DNA of 64,000 nucleotides from the NCBI RefSeq assembly GCF_036365525.1, contig NC_090378.1:122373593-122437592 (forward strand), in the 5' to 3' direction. Position numbers and translations under genes: made by a program. The notes under the pieces were generated by a model. That model was not told the origin of the DNA, did not search any database, and saw only the letters and a program-made list of their open reading frames with translations. Source of the stretch: Heterodontus francisci (lineage: Eukaryota). Shown one piece after another: positions 1-18,000 of this stretch (its first letter is position 1; the number at the start of each line of letters is the position of its first letter).

Positions 1-3000
1 CAGTTATATACAATATATAATAATGGACACACAGTCCCACCTCCTGGACTGACACATCCCACAGTTATATATAATATATAATAATGGACACACAGTCCCA
101 CCTCCTGTACTGACACGTCCCACAGTTATATATAATATATAATAATGGACACACAGTCCCACCTCCTGTACTGACACGTCCCACAGTTATATACAAAATA
201 TAATAATGGACACACAGTCCCACCTCCTGGACTGACACATCCCACAGTTATATGTAATATATAATAATGGACACACGGTCCCACCTCCTGTACTGACACA
301 TCCCACAGTTATATATAATATATAATAATGGACACACAGTCCCACCTCCAGGACTGACACATCCCACAGTTATATATAATATATAATAATGGACACACCG
401 TCTCACCTCCTGGACTGACACATCCCACAGTTATATATAATATATAATAATGGACACTCAGTCCCACCTCCTGTACTGACACATCCCACAGTTATATATA
501 ATAAATAATAATGGACACACAGTCCCACCTCCTGCACTGACACATCCCACAGTTATATATAATATATAATAATGGACACACAGTCCCACCTCCTGCACTG
601 CCACATCCCACAGTTATATATAATATATAATAATGGACACACAGTCCCACCGCCTGTACTGACACATCCCACAGATATATATAATAAAAAATAATGGACT
701 CACAGTCCCACCTCCTGTACTGACACATCCCACAGTTATATATAATATATAATAATGGACACACTGACCCACCTCCTGTACTGACACATCCCACAGTTAT
801 ATATAATATATAATAATGGACACACAGCCCCACCTCATGTACTGACACATCCCACAGATATATATAATAAAAAATAATGGACTCACAGTCCCACCTCCTG
901 TACTGACACATCCCACAGTTATATACAATATATAATAATGGACACACAGTTCCACCTCCTGGACTGACACGTCCCACAGTTATATACAATATATAATAAT
1001 GGACACACAGTCCCACCTCCTGGACTGACACATCCCACAGTTATATATAATATATAATAATGGACACACAGTCCCACCTCCTGGACTGACATATCCCACA
1101 GTTATATATAATATATAATAATGGACACACAGTCCCACCTCCTGGACTGACACATCCCACAGTTATATATAATATATAATAATGGACACACAGTCCCACC
1201 TCCTGTACTGACATGTCCCACAGTTATATAATATAATAATGGACACACAGTCCCACCTCCTGTACTGACATGTCCCACAGTTATATAATATAATAATGGA
1301 CACACAGTCCCACCTCCTGTACTGACACATCCCACTGTTATATATAATATATAATAATGGACACACAGTCCCACCTCCTGTACTGACATGTCCCACAGTT
1401 ATATAATATAATAATGGACACACAGTCCCACCTCCTGTACTGACACATCCCACTGTTATATATAATATATAATAATGGACACACAGTCCCAGCTCCTGTA
1501 CTGACACATCCCACAGTTATATATAATATATAATAATGGACACACAGTCCCACCTCCTGTACTGACATGTCCCACAGTTATATAATATAATAATGGACAC
1601 ACAGTCCCACCTCCTGTACTGACACATCCCACTGTTATATATAATATATAATAATGGACACACAGTCCCACCTCCTGTACTGACACATCCCACTGTTATA
1701 TGTAATATATAATAATGGACACACAGTCCCAGCTCCTGTACTGACACATCCCACAGTTATATATAATAAATAATAATGGACACACAGTCCCACCTCCTTT
1801 ACTGACACATCCCACAGTTATATAATATAATAATGGACACACAGTCCCAGCTCCTGTACTGACACATCCCACAGTTATATATAATATATAATAATGGACA
1901 CACAGTCCCACCTCCTTTACTGATACATCCCACAGTTATATAATATAATAATGGACACACAGTCCCACCTCCTGTACTGACACATCCCACTGTTATATAT
2001 AATATATAATAATGGACACACAGTCCCAGCTCCTGTACGGACACATCCCACAGTTATATATAATATATAATAATGGACACACAGTCCCACCTCCTTTACT
2101 GACACATCCCACAGTTATATAATATAATAATGGACACACAGTACCACCTCCTGTACTGACACGTCCCACAATTACATATAATATATAATAATGGACACAA
2201 AGTCCCACCTCCTGTACTGACACGTCCCACAGTTATATATAAGATATAATAATGGACACACAGTCCCACCTCCTGTACTGACACGTCCCACAGTTATATA
2301 TAATATATAATAATGGACACACAGTCCCACCTCCTGTCCTGACACGTCCCACAGTTATATAATATAATAATGGACACACAGTCCCACTTCCTGTACTGAC
2401 ACCTCCCACAGTTATATATAATATATAATAATGGACACACAGTCCCATCTCCTGTACTGACACGTCCCACAGTTATATATAATATATAATAATGGACACA
2501 CAGTCCCATCTCCTGTACTGACACGTCCCACAGTTATATATAATATATAATAATGGACACATAGTCCCACCTCCTGTACTGACACATCCCACACTTATAT
2601 ATAATATATAATAATGGACACACAGTCCCACCTCCTGTACTGACACATCCCACACTTATATATAATATATAATAATGGACACACAGTCCCACCGCCTGTA
2701 CTGACACATCCCACAGATATATATAATAAAAAATAATGGTCTCACAGTCCCACCTCCTGTACTGACACATCCCACAGTTATATATAATATATAATAATGG
2801 ACACACAGTCCCACCGCCTGTACTGACACATCCCACAGATATATATAATAAAAAATAATGGACTCACAGTCCCACCTCCTGTACTGACACATCCCACAGT
2901 TATATATAATTTATGATAATGGACACACAGTCCCACCTCCTGTACTGACACTTCCCACAGTTACATACAATATATAATAATGGACACACAGTCCCACCTC

Positions 3001-6000
3001 CTGTACTGACACGTCCCACAGTTATATACAATATATAATAATGGACACACAGTCCCACCTCCTGTACTGACACCTCCCACAGTTATATATAATATATAAT
3101 AATGGACACACAGTCCCACCTCCTGTACTGACACTTCCCACAGTTATATACAATATATAATAATGGACACACAGTCCCACCTCCTGGACTGACACATCCC
3201 ACAGTTATATAATATAATAATGGACACACAGTCCCACCTCCTGTACTGACACGTCCCACAATTACATATAATATATAATAATGGACACAAAGTCCCACCT
3301 CCTGTACTGACACGTCCCACAGTTATATATAAGATATAATAATGGACACACAGTCCCACCTCCTGTCCTGACACGTCCCACAGTTATATAATATAATAAT
3401 GGACACACAGTCCCACCTCCTGTACTGACACCTCCCACAGTTATATATAATATATAATAATGGACACACAGTCCCATCTCCTGTACTGACACGTCCCACA
3501 GTTATATATAATATATAATAATGGACACACAGTCCCATCTCCTGTACTGACACGTCCCACAGTTATATATAATATATAATAATGGACACACAGTCCCACC
3601 GCCTGTACTGACACATCCCACAGATATATATAATAAAAAATAATGGACTCACAGTCCCACCTCCTGTACTGACACATCCCACAGTTATATATAATATATA
3701 ATAATGGACACACAGTCCCACCGCCTGTACTGACACATCCCACAGATATATATAATAAAAAATAATGGACTCACAGTCCCACCTCCTGTACTGACACATC
3801 CCACAGTTATATATAATATATGATAATGGACACGCAGTCCCACCTCCTGTACTGACACATCCCACAGTTATATATAATTTATGATAATGGACACACAGTC
3901 CCACCTCCTGTACTGACACTTCCCACAGTTACATACAATATATAATAATGGACACACAGTCCCACCTCCTGTACTGACACGTCCCACAGTTATATACAAT
4001 ATATAATAATGGACACACAGTCCCACCTCCTGGACTGACACATCCCACAGTTATATGTAATATATAATAATGGACACACGGTCCCACCTCCTGTACTGAC
4101 ACATCCCACAGTTATATATAATATATAATAATGGACACACAGTCCCACCTCCTGGACTGACACATCCCACAGTTATATATAATATATAATAATGGACACA
4201 CCGTCTCACCTCCTGGACTGACACATCCCACAGTTATATATAATATATAATAATGGACACTCAGTCCCACCTCCTGTACTGACACATCCCACAGTTATAT
4301 ATAATAAATAATAATGGACACACAGTCCCACCTCCTGCACTGACACATCCCACAGTTATATATAATATATAATAATGGACACACAGTCCCACCTCCTGCA
4401 CTGCCACATCCCATAGTTATATATAATATATAATAATGGACACACAGTCCCACCGCCTGTACTGACACATCCCACAGATATATATAATAAAAAATAATGG
4501 ACTCACAGTCCCACCTCCTGTACTGACACATCCCACAGTTATATATAATATATAATAATGGACACACTGACCCACCTCCTGTACTGACACATCCCACAGT
4601 TATATATAATATATAATAATGGACACACAGTCCCACCTCCTGTACTGACACATCCCACAGATATATATAATAAAAAATAATGGACTCACGGTCCCACCTC
4701 CTGTACTGACACATCCCACAGTTATATACAATATATAATAATGGACACACAGTTCCACCTCCTGGACTGACACGTCCCACAGTTATATACAATATATAAT
4801 AATGGACACACAGTCCCACCTCCTGTACTGACACATCCCACAGTTATATGTAATATATAATAATGGACACACGGTCCCACCTCCTGTACTGACACATCCC
4901 ACAGCTATATATAATATATAATAATGGACACACAGTCCCACCTCCTGGACTGACACATCCCACAGTTATATATAATATATAATAATGGACACACAGTCCC
5001 ACCTCCTGGACTGACACATCCCACAGTTATATATAATATATAATAATGGACACGCAGTCTCACCTCCTGTACTGACACATCCCACAGTTATATGTAATAT
5101 ATAATAATGGACACACGGTCCCACCTCCTGCACTGACAAATCCCACAGGTATATATAATATATAATAATGGACACGCAGTCTCACCTCCTGTACTGACAC
5201 ATCCCACAGTTATATGTAATATATAATAATGGACACACGGTCCCACCTCCTGCACTGACAAATCCCACAGGTATATATAATATATAATAATGGACACGCA
5301 GTCTCACCTCCTGTACTGACACATCCTACAGTTATATGTAATATATAATAATGGACACACGGTCCCACCTCCTGCACTGACACATCCCACATTTATATAT
5401 AATATATAATAATGGACACACGGTCCCACCTCCTGTACTGACACATCCCACAGTTATATATAATATATAATAATGGACACACAGTCCCACCTCCTGGACT
5501 GACACATCCCACAGTTATATGTAATATATAATAATGGGCACACCGTCCCACCTCCTGTACTGACACGTCCCACATGTATATATAATATATAATAAAGGAC
5601 ACACAGTCCCACCTCCTGGACTGACACATCCCACAGTTATATGTAATATATAATAATGGACACACGGTCCCACCTCCTGTACTGACACATCCCACATTTT
5701 ATATATAATATATAATAAAGGACACACAGTCCCACCTCCTGGACTGACACGTCCCACAGTTATATACAATATAAAATAATGGACACACAGTCCCACCTCC
5801 TGGACTGACACATCCCACAGTTATATATAATATATAATAATGGACACACGGTCCCACCTCCTGTACTGACACTTCCCACAGTTATATACAATATATAATA
5901 ATGGACACACAGTCCCACCTCCTGGACTGACACATCCCACAGTTATATAATATAATAATGGACACACAGTACCACCTCCTGTACTGACACGTCCCACAAT

Positions 6001-9000
6001 TACATATAATATATAATAATGGACACAAAGTCCCACCTCCTGTACTGACACGTCCCACAGTTATATATAAGATATAATAATGGACACACAGTCCCACCTC
6101 CTGTCCTGACACGTCCCACAGTTATATAATATAATAATGGACACACAGTCCCACCTCCTGTACTGACACATCCCACAGTTATATATAATATATAATAATG
6201 GACACACAGTCCCACCTCCTGGACTGACACATCCCACAGTAAAAAATAATATATAATAATGGGCACACAGTCCCACCTCCTGTACTGACACGTCCCACAT
6301 GTATATATAATATATAATAAAGGACACACAGTCCCACCTCCTGGACTGACACATCCCACAGTTATATGTAATATATAATAATGGACACACAGTCCCACCT
6401 CCTGTACTGACACATCCCACATTTTATATATAATATATAATAAAGGACACACAGTCCCACCTCCTGGACTGACACGTCCCACAGTTATATATAATATATA
6501 ATAATGGACACATAGTCCCACCTCCTGTACTGACACATCCCACAGTTATATATAATATATAATAATGGACACACAGTCCCACCTCCTGGACTGACAAATC
6601 CCACAGTTATATATAATATATAATAATGGACACACAGTCCCACCTCCTGGACTGACAAATCCCACAGTTATATATAATATATAATAATGGACACGCAGTC
6701 TCACCTCCTGGACTGACACATCCCACAGTTATATGTAATATATAATAATGGACACACAGTCCCACCTCCTGGACTGACAAATCCCACAGTTATATATAAT
6801 ATATAATAATGGACACACAGTCCCACCTCCTGGACTGACACATCCCACAGTTATATATAATATATAATAATGGACACACAGTCCCACCTCCTGGACTGAC
6901 ACATCCCACAGTTATATATAATATATAATAATGGACACACAGTCCCACCTCCTGGACTGACACATCCCACAGTTATATATAATATATAATAATGGACACA
7001 CAGTCCCACCTCCTGGACTGACACATCCCACAGTTATATGTAATATATAATAATGGACACACAGTCCCACCTCCTGGACTGACACATCCCACAGTTATAT
7101 ATAATATATAATAATGGACACACAGTCCCACCTCCTGGACTGACACAGCCCACAGTTATATATAATATATAATAATGGACACACAGTCCCACCTCCTGGA
7201 CTGACACATCCCACAGTTATATATAATATATAATAATGGACACACAGTCCCACCTCCTGGACTGACACATCCCACAGTTATATATAATATATAATAATGG
7301 ACACACAGTCCCACCTCCTGGACTGACACATCCCACAGTTATATATAATATATAATAATGGACACATAGTCCCACCTCCTGGACTGACACATCCCACAGT
7401 TATATATAATATATAATAATGGACACACAGTCCCACCTCCTGGACTGACACATCCCACAGTTATATATAATATATAATAATGGACACACAGTCCCACCTC
7501 CTGGACTGACACATCCCACAGTTATATATAGTATATAATAATGGACACACAGTCCCACCTCCTGTACTGACACATCCCACAGTTATATATAATATATAAT
7601 AATGGATACACAGTCCCACCTCCTGGACTGACACATCCCACAGTTATATATAGTATATAATAATGGACACACAGTCCCACCTCCTGTACTGACACATCCC
7701 ACAGTTATATATAATATATAATAATGGATACACAGTCCCACCTCCTGGACTGACACATCCCACAGTTATATATAGTATATAATAATGGACACACAGTCCC
7801 ACCTCCTGTACTGACACATCCCACAGTTATATATAATATATAATAATGGATACACAGTCCCACCTCCTGGACTGACACATCCCACAGTTATATATAGTAT
7901 ATAATAATGGACACACAGTCCCACCTCCTGTACTGACACATCCCACAGTTATATATAATATATAATAATGGATACACAGTCCCACCTCCTGGACTGACAC
8001 ATCCCACAGTTATATATAGTATATAATAATGGACACACAGTCCCACCTCCTGTACTGACACATCCCACAGTTATATATAATATATAATAATGGATACACA
8101 GTCCCACCTCCTGGACTGACACATCCCACAGTTATATATAATATATAATAATGGACACACAGTCCCACCTCCTGTACTGACACATCCCACAGTTATATAT
8201 AATATATAATAATGGACACACAGTCCCACCTCCTGTACTGACACATCCCACAGTTATATATAATATATAATAATGGATACACAGTCCCACCTCCTGGACT
8301 GACACATCCCACAGTTATATATAGTATATAATAATGGACACACAGTCCCACCTCCTGTACTGACACATCCCACAGTTATATATAATATATAATAATGGAT
8401 ACACAGTCCCACCTCCTGGACTGACACATCCCACAGTTATATATAGTATATAATAATGGACACACAGTCCCACCTCCTGTACTGACACATCCCACAGTTA
8501 TATATAATATATAATAATGGATACACAGTCCCACCTCCTGGACTGACACATCCCACAGTTATATATAGTATATAATAATGGACACACAGTCCCACCTCCT
8601 GTACTGACACATCCCACAGTTATATATAATATATAATAATGGACACACAGTCCCACCTCCTGCACTGACACATCCCACAGTTATATATAATATATAATAA
8701 TGGACACACAGTCCCACCTCCTGTACTGACACATCCCACAGTTATATATAATATATAATAATGGATACACAGTCCCACCTCCTGGACTGACACATCCCAC
8801 AGTTATATATAGTATATAATAATGGACACACAGTCCCACCTCCTGTACTGACACATCCCACAGTTATATATAATATATAATAATGGACACACAGTCCCAC
8901 CTCCTGGACTGACAAATCCCACAGTTATATATAATATATAATAATGGACACACAGTCCCACCTCCTGGACTGACACAGCCCACAGTTATATATAATATAT

Positions 9001-12000
9001 AATAATGGACACACAGTCCCACCTCCTGGACTGACACATCCCACAGTTATATATAATATATAATAATGGACACACAGTCCCACCTCCTGGACTGACACAT
9101 CCCACAGTTATATATAATATATAATAATGGACACACAGTCCCACCTCCTGGACTGACACAGCCCACAGTTATATATAATATATAATAATGGAGACACAGT
9201 CCCACCTCCTGGACTGACACATCCCACAGTTATATGTAATATATAATAATGGACACACAGTCCCACCTCCTGGACTGACACATCCCACAGTTATATATAA
9301 TATATAATAATGGAGACACAGTCCCACCTCCTGGACTGACACATCCCACAGTTATATATAATATATAATAATGGACACACAGTCCCACCTCCTGGACTGA
9401 CACATCCCACAGTAAAAAATAATATATAATAATGGACACACAGTCCCACCTCCTGGACTGACACAGCCCACAGTTATATATAATATATAATAATGGACAC
9501 ACAGTCCCACCTCCTGGACTGACACATCCCACAGTTATATATAATATATAATAATGGACACACAGTCCCACCTCCTGGACTGACACATCCCACAGTAAAA
9601 AATAATATATAATAATGGACACACAGTCCCACCTCCTGGACTGACACAGCCCACAGTTATATATAATATATAATAATGGACACACAGTCCCACCTCCTGG
9701 ACTGACACAGCCCACAGTTATATATAATATATAATAATGGACACACAGTCCCACCTCCTGGACTGACACATCCCACAGTTATATATAATATATAATAATG
9801 GACACACAGTCCCACCTCCTGGACTGACACAGCCCACAGTTATATATAATATATAATAATGGACACATAGTCCCACCTCCTGGACTGACACATCCCACAG
9901 TTATATATAATATATAATAATGGACACACAGTCCCACCTCCTGGACTGACACATCCCACAGTAAAAAATAATATATAATAATGGACACACAGTCCCACCT
10001 CCTGGACTGACACAGCCCACAGTTATATATAATATATAATAATGGACACACAGTCCCACCTCCTGGACTGACACAGCCCACAGTTATATATAATATATAA
10101 TAATGGACACACAGTCCCACCTCCTGGACTGACACATCCCACAGTTATATATAATATATAATAATGGACACACAGTCCCACCTCCTGGACTGACACAGCC
10201 CACAGTTATATATAATATATAATAATGGACACACAGTCCCACCTCCTGGACTGACACATCCCACAGTTATATATAATATATAATAATGGACACACAGTCC
10301 CACCTCCTGGACTGACACATCCCACAGTAAAAAATAATATATAATAATGGACACACAGTCCCACCTCCTGGACTGACACAGCCCACAGTTATATATAATA
10401 TATAATAATGGACACACAGTCCCACCTCCTGGACTGACACAGCCCACAGTTATATATAATATATAATAATGGACACACAGTCCCACCTCCTGGACTGACA
10501 CATCCCACAGTTATATATAATATATAATAATGGACACACAGTCCCACCTCCTGGACTGACACATCCCACAGTAAAAAATAATATATAATAATGGACACAC
10601 AGTCCCACCTCCTGGACTGACACAGCCCACAGTTATATATAATATATAATAATGGACACACAGTCCCACCTCCTGGACTGACACAGCCCACAGTTATATA
10701 TAATATATAATAATGGACACACAGTCCCACCTCCTGGACTGACACATCCCACAGTTATATATAATATATAATAATGGACACACAGTCCCACCTCCTGGAC
10801 TGACACATCCCACAGTTATATATAATATATAATAATGGACACACAGTCCCACCTCCTGGACTGACACATCCCACAGTTATATATAATATATAATAATGGA
10901 CACACAGTCCCACCTCCTGGACTGACACAGCCCACAGTTATATATAATATATAATAATGGACACACAGTCCCACCTCCTGGACTGACACATCCCACAGTT
11001 ATATATAGTATATAATAATGGACACACAGTCCCACCTCCTGTACTGACACATCCCACAGTTATATCTAATATATAATAATGGACACATAGTCCCACCTCC
11101 TGGACTGACACATCCCACAGTTATATATAATATATAATAATGGACACACAGTCCCACCTCCTGGACTGACACATCCCACAGTTATATATAATATATAATA
11201 ATGGATACACAGTCCCACCTCCTGTACTGACACATCCCACAGTTATATCTAATATATAATAATGGACACATAGTCCCACCTCCTGGACTGACACATCCCA
11301 CAGTTATATATAATATATAATAATGGACACACAGTCCCACCTCCTGGACTGACACATCCCACAGTTATATATAATATATAATAATGGACACACAGTCCCA
11401 CCTCCTGGACTGACACATCCCACAATTATATATAGTATATAATAATGGACACACAGTCCCACCTCCTGGACTGACACATCCCACAGTTATATATAATATA
11501 TAATAATGGACACATAGTCCCACCTCCTGGACTGACACATCCCACAGTTATATATAATATATAATAATGGACACATAGTCCCACCTCCTGTACTAACACA
11601 TCCCACAGTTATATATAATATATAATAATGGATACACAGTCCCACCTCCTGGACTGACACATCCCACAGTTATATATAATATATAATAATGGACACATAG
11701 TCCCACCTCCTGTACTAACACATCCCACAGTTATATATAATATATAATAATGGATACACAGTCCCACCTCCTGGACTGACACATCCCACAGTTATATATA
11801 ATATATAATAATGGACACACAGTCCCACCTCCTGGACTGACACATCCCACAGTTATATATAATATATAATAATGGACACACAGTCCCACCTCCTGGACTG
11901 ACACATCCCACAGTTATATATAATATATAATAATGGACACACAGTCCCACCTCCTGGACTGACACATCCCACAGTTATATATAATATATAATAATGGACA

Positions 12001-15000
12001 CACAGTCCCACCTCCTGGACTGACACATCCCACAGTTATATATAATATATAATAATGGACACACAGTCCCACCTCCTGGACTGACAAATCCCACAGTTAT
12101 ATATAATATATAATAATGGACACACAGTCCCACCTCCTGGACTGACACATCCCACAGTTATATATAATATATAATAATGGACACACAGTCCCACCTCCTG
12201 GACTGACACATCCCACAGTTATATATAATATATAATAATGGACACACAGTCCCACCTCCTGGACTGACACATCCCACAGTTATATATAATATATAATAAT
12301 GGACACACAGTCCCACCTCCTGGACTGACACATCCCACAGTTATATATAATATATAATAATGGACACACAGTCCCACCTCCTGGACTGACAAATCCCACA
12401 GTTATATATAATATATAATAATGGACACACAGTCCCACCTCCTGGACTGACAAATCCCACAGTTATATATAATATATAATAATGGACACACAGTCCCACC
12501 TCCTGGACTGACAAATCCCACAGTTATATATAATATATAATAATGGACACACAGTCCCACCTCCTGGACTGACACATCCCACAGTTATATATAATATATA
12601 ATAATGGACACACAGTCCCACCTCCTGGACTGACACATCCCACAGTTATATATAATATATAATAATGGACACACAGTCCCACCTCCTGGACTGACACATC
12701 CCACAGTTATATATAATATATAATAATGGACACACAGTCCCACCTCCTGGACTGACACATCCCACAGTTATATATAATATATAATAATGGACACACAGTC
12801 CCACCTCCTGGACTGACAAATCCCACAGTTATATATAATATATAATAATGGACACACAGTCCCACCTCCTGGACTGACAAATCCCACAGTTATATATAAT
12901 ATATAATAATGGACACACAGTCCCACCTCCTGGACTGACACATCCCACAGTTATATATAATATATAATAATGGACACACAGTCCCACCTCCTGGACTGAC
13001 AAATCCCACAGTTATATATAATATATAATAATGGACACATAGTCCCACCTCCTGGACTGACACATCCCACAGTTATATATAATATATAATAATGGACACA
13101 CAGTCCCACCTCCTGGACTGACAAATCCCACAGTTATATATAATATATAATAATGGACACACAGTCCCACCTCCTGGACTGACAAATCCCACAGTTATAT
13201 ATAATATATAATAATGGACACATAGTCCCACCTCCTGGACTGACACATCCCACAGTTATATATAATATATAATAATGGACACACAGTCCCACCTCCTGGA
13301 CTGACAAATCCCACAGTTATATATAATATATAATAATGGACACATAGTCCCACCTCCTGGACTGACACATCCCACAGTTATATATAATATATAATAATGG
13401 ACACACAGTCCCACCTCCTGGACTGACACATCCCACAGTTATATATAATATATAATAATGGACACACAGTCCCACCTCCTGGACTGACACATCCCACAGT
13501 TATATATAATATATAATAATGGACACATAGTCCCACCTCCTGGACTGACACATCCCACAGTTATATATAATATATAATAATGGACACACAGTCCCACCTC
13601 CTGGACTGACACATCCCACAGTTATATATAATATATAATAATGGACACATAGTCCCACCTCCTGGACTGACACATCCCACAGTTATATATAATATATAAT
13701 AATGGACACACAGTCCCACCTCCTGGACTGACACATCCCACAGTTATATATAATATATAATAATGGACACACAGTCCCACCTCCTGGACTGACACATCCC
13801 ACAGTTATATATAATATATAATAATGGACACATAGTCCCACCTCCTGGACTGACACATCCCACAGTTATATATAATATATAATAATGGACACACAGTCCC
13901 ACCTCCTGGACTGACAAATCCCACAGTTATATATAATATATAATAATGGACACACAGTCCCACCTCCTGGACTGACAAATCCCACAGTTATATATAATAT
14001 ATAATAATGGACACACAGTCCCACCTCCTGGACTGACACATCCCACAGTTATATATAATATATAATAATGGACACACAGTCCCACCTCCTGGACTGACAA
14101 ATCCCACAGTTATATATAATATATAATAATGGACACACAGTCCCACCTCCTGGACTGACAAATCCCACAGTTATATATAATATATAATAATGGACACATA
14201 GTCCCACCTCCTGGACTGACACATCCCACAGTTATATATAATATATAATAATGGACACACAGTCCCACCTCCTGGACTGACACATCCCACAGTTATATAT
14301 AATATATAATAATGGACACACAGTCCCACCTCCTGGACTGACACATCCCACAGTTATATATAATATATAATAATGGACACATAGTCCCACCTCCTGGACT
14401 GACACATCCCACAGTTATATATAATATATAATAATGGACACACAGTCCCACCTCCTGGACTGACACATCCCACAGTTATATATAATATATAATAATGGAC
14501 ACACAGTCCCACCTCCTGGACTGACAAATCCCACAGTTATATATAATATATAATAATGGACACACAGTCCCACCTCCTGGACTGACAAATCCCACAGTTA
14601 TATATAATATATAATAATGGACACACAGTCCCACCTCCTGGACTGACAAATCCCACAGTTATATATAATATATAATAATGGACACACAGTCCCACCTCCT
14701 GGACTGACAAATCCCACAGTTATATATAATATATAATAATGGACACACAGTCCCACCTCCTGGACTGACAAATCCCACAGTTATATATAATATATAATAA
14801 TGGACACACAGTCCCACCTCCTGGACTGACAAATCCCACAGTTATATATAATATATAATAATGGACACGCAGTCTCACCTCCTGGACTGACACATCCCAC
14901 AGTTATATGTAATATATAATAATGGACACACAGTCCCACCTCCTGGACTGACACATCCCACAGTTATATATAATATATAATAATGGACACACAGTCCCAC

Positions 15001-18000
15001 CTCCTGTACTGACACATCCCACAGTTATATATAATATATAATAATGGACACACAGTCCCACCTCCTGGACTGACAAATCCCACAGTTATATATAATATAT
15101 AATAATGGACACACAGTCCCACCTCCTGGACTGACACATCCCACAGTTATATGTAATATATAATAATGGACACACAGTCCCACCTCCTGGACTGACAAAT
15201 CCCACAGTTATATATAATATATAATAATGGACACACAGTCACACCTCCTGGACTGACAAATCCCACAGTTATATATAATATATAATAATGGACACATAGT
15301 CCCACCTCCTGGACTGACAAATCCCACAGTTATATATAATATATAATAATGGACACACAGTCACACCTCCTGGACTGACAAATCCCACAGTTATATATAA
15401 TATATAATAATGGACACACAGTCCCACCTCCTGGACTGACACATCCCACAGTTATATGTAATATATAATAATGGACACACAGTCCCACCTCCTGGACTGA
15501 CAAATCCCACAGTTATATATAATATATAATAATGGACACACAGTCACACCTCCTGGACTGACAAATCCCACAGTTATATATAATATATAATAATGGACAC
15601 ATAGTCCCACCTCCTGGACTGACACATCCCACAGTTATATATAATATATAATAATGGACACACAGTCCCACCTCCTGGACTGACACATCCCACAGTTATA
15701 TATAATATATAATAATGGACACACAGTCCCACCTCCTGGACTGACACATCCCACATTTTATATATAATATATAATAAAGGACACACAGTCCCACCTCCTG
15801 GACTGACACGTCCCACAGTTATATATAATATATAATAATGGACACATAGTCCCACCTCCTGGACTGACACATCCCACAGTTATATATAATATATAATAAT
15901 GGACACATAGTCCCACCTCCTGGACTGACACATCCCACAGTTATATATAATATATAATAATGGACACATAGTCCCACCTCCTGGACTGACACATCCCACA
16001 GTTATATATAATATATAATAAAGGACACACAGTCCCACCTCCTGGACTGACACATCCCACAGTTATATATAATATATAATAATGGACACATAGTCCCACC
16101 TCCTGGACTGACACATCCCACAGTTATATATAATATATAATAATGGACACATAGTCCCACCTCCTGGACTGACAAATCCCGCAGTTATATATAATATATA
16201 ATAATGGACACATAGTCCCACCTCCTGGACTGACAAATCCCACATTTTATATATAATATATAATAAAGGACACACAGTCCCACCTCCTGGACTGACACGT
16301 CCCACAGTTATATATAATATATAATAATGGACACATAGTCCCACCTCCTGGACTGACACATCCCACAGTTATATATAATATATAATAATGGACACACAGT
16401 CACACCTCCTGGACTGACAAATCCCACAGTTATATATAATATATAATAATGGACACATAGTCCCACCTCCTGGACTGACACATCCCACAGTTATATATAA
16501 TATATAATAATGGACACACAGTCCCACCTCCTGGACTGACACATCCCACAGTTATATATAATATATAATAATGGACACACAGTCCCACCTCCTGGACTGA
16601 CACATCCCACATTTTATATATAATATATAATAAAGGACACACAGTCCCACCTCCTGGACTGACACGTCCCACAGTTATATATAATATATAATAATGGACA
16701 CATAGTCCCACCTCCTGGACTGACACATCCCACAGTTATATATAATATATAATAATGGACACATAGTCCCACCTCCTGGACTGACACATCCCACAGTTAT
16801 ATATAATATATAATAATGGACACATAGTCCCACCTCCTGGACTGACACATCCCACAGTTATATATAATATATAATAAAGGACACACAGTCCCACCTCCTG
16901 GACTGACACATCCCACAGTTATATATAATATATAATAATGGACACATAGTCCCACCTCCTGGACTGACACATCCCACAGTTATATATAATATATAATAAT
17001 GGACACATAGTCCCACCTCCTGGACTGACAAATCCCGCAGTTATATATAATATATAATAATGGACACATAGTCCCACCTCCTGGACTGACAAATCCCACA
17101 TTTTATATATAATATATAATAAAGGACACACAGTCCCACCTCCTGGACTGACACGTCCCACAGTTATATATAATATATAATAATGGACACATAGTCCCAC
17201 CTCCTGGACTGACACATCCCACAGTTATATATAATATATAATAATGGACACACAGTCCCACCTCCTGGACTGACACATCCCACAGTTATATATAATATAT
17301 AATAATGGACACACAGTCCCACCTCCTGTACTGACACATCCCACAGTTATATATAATATATAATAATGGACACACAGTCCCACCTCCTGGACTGACACAT
17401 CCCACAGTTATATATAATATATAATAATGGACACACAGTCCTACCTCCTGGACTGACACATCCCACAGTTATATATAATATATAATAATGGACACACAGT
17501 CCCACCTCCTGTACTGACACATCCCACAGTTATATATAATATATAATAATGGACACACAGTCCCACCTCCTGGACTGACACATCCCACAGTTATATATAA
17601 TATATAATAATGGACACACAGTCCCACCTCCTGTACTGACACATCCCACAGTTATATATAATATATAATAATGGACACATAGTCCCACCTCCTGGACTGA
17701 CAAATCCCACAGTTATATATAATATATAATAATGGACACACAGTCCCACCTCCTGGACTGACACATCCCACAGTTATATGTAATATATAATAATGGACAC
17801 ACAGTCCCACCTCCTGGACTGACAAATCCCACAGTTATATATAATATATAATAATGGACACACAGTCACACCTCCTGGACTGACAAATCCCACAGTTATA
17901 TATAATATATAATAATGGACACATAGTCCCACCTCCTGGACTGACAAATCCCACAGTTATATATAATATATAATAATGGACACACAGTCACACCTCCTGG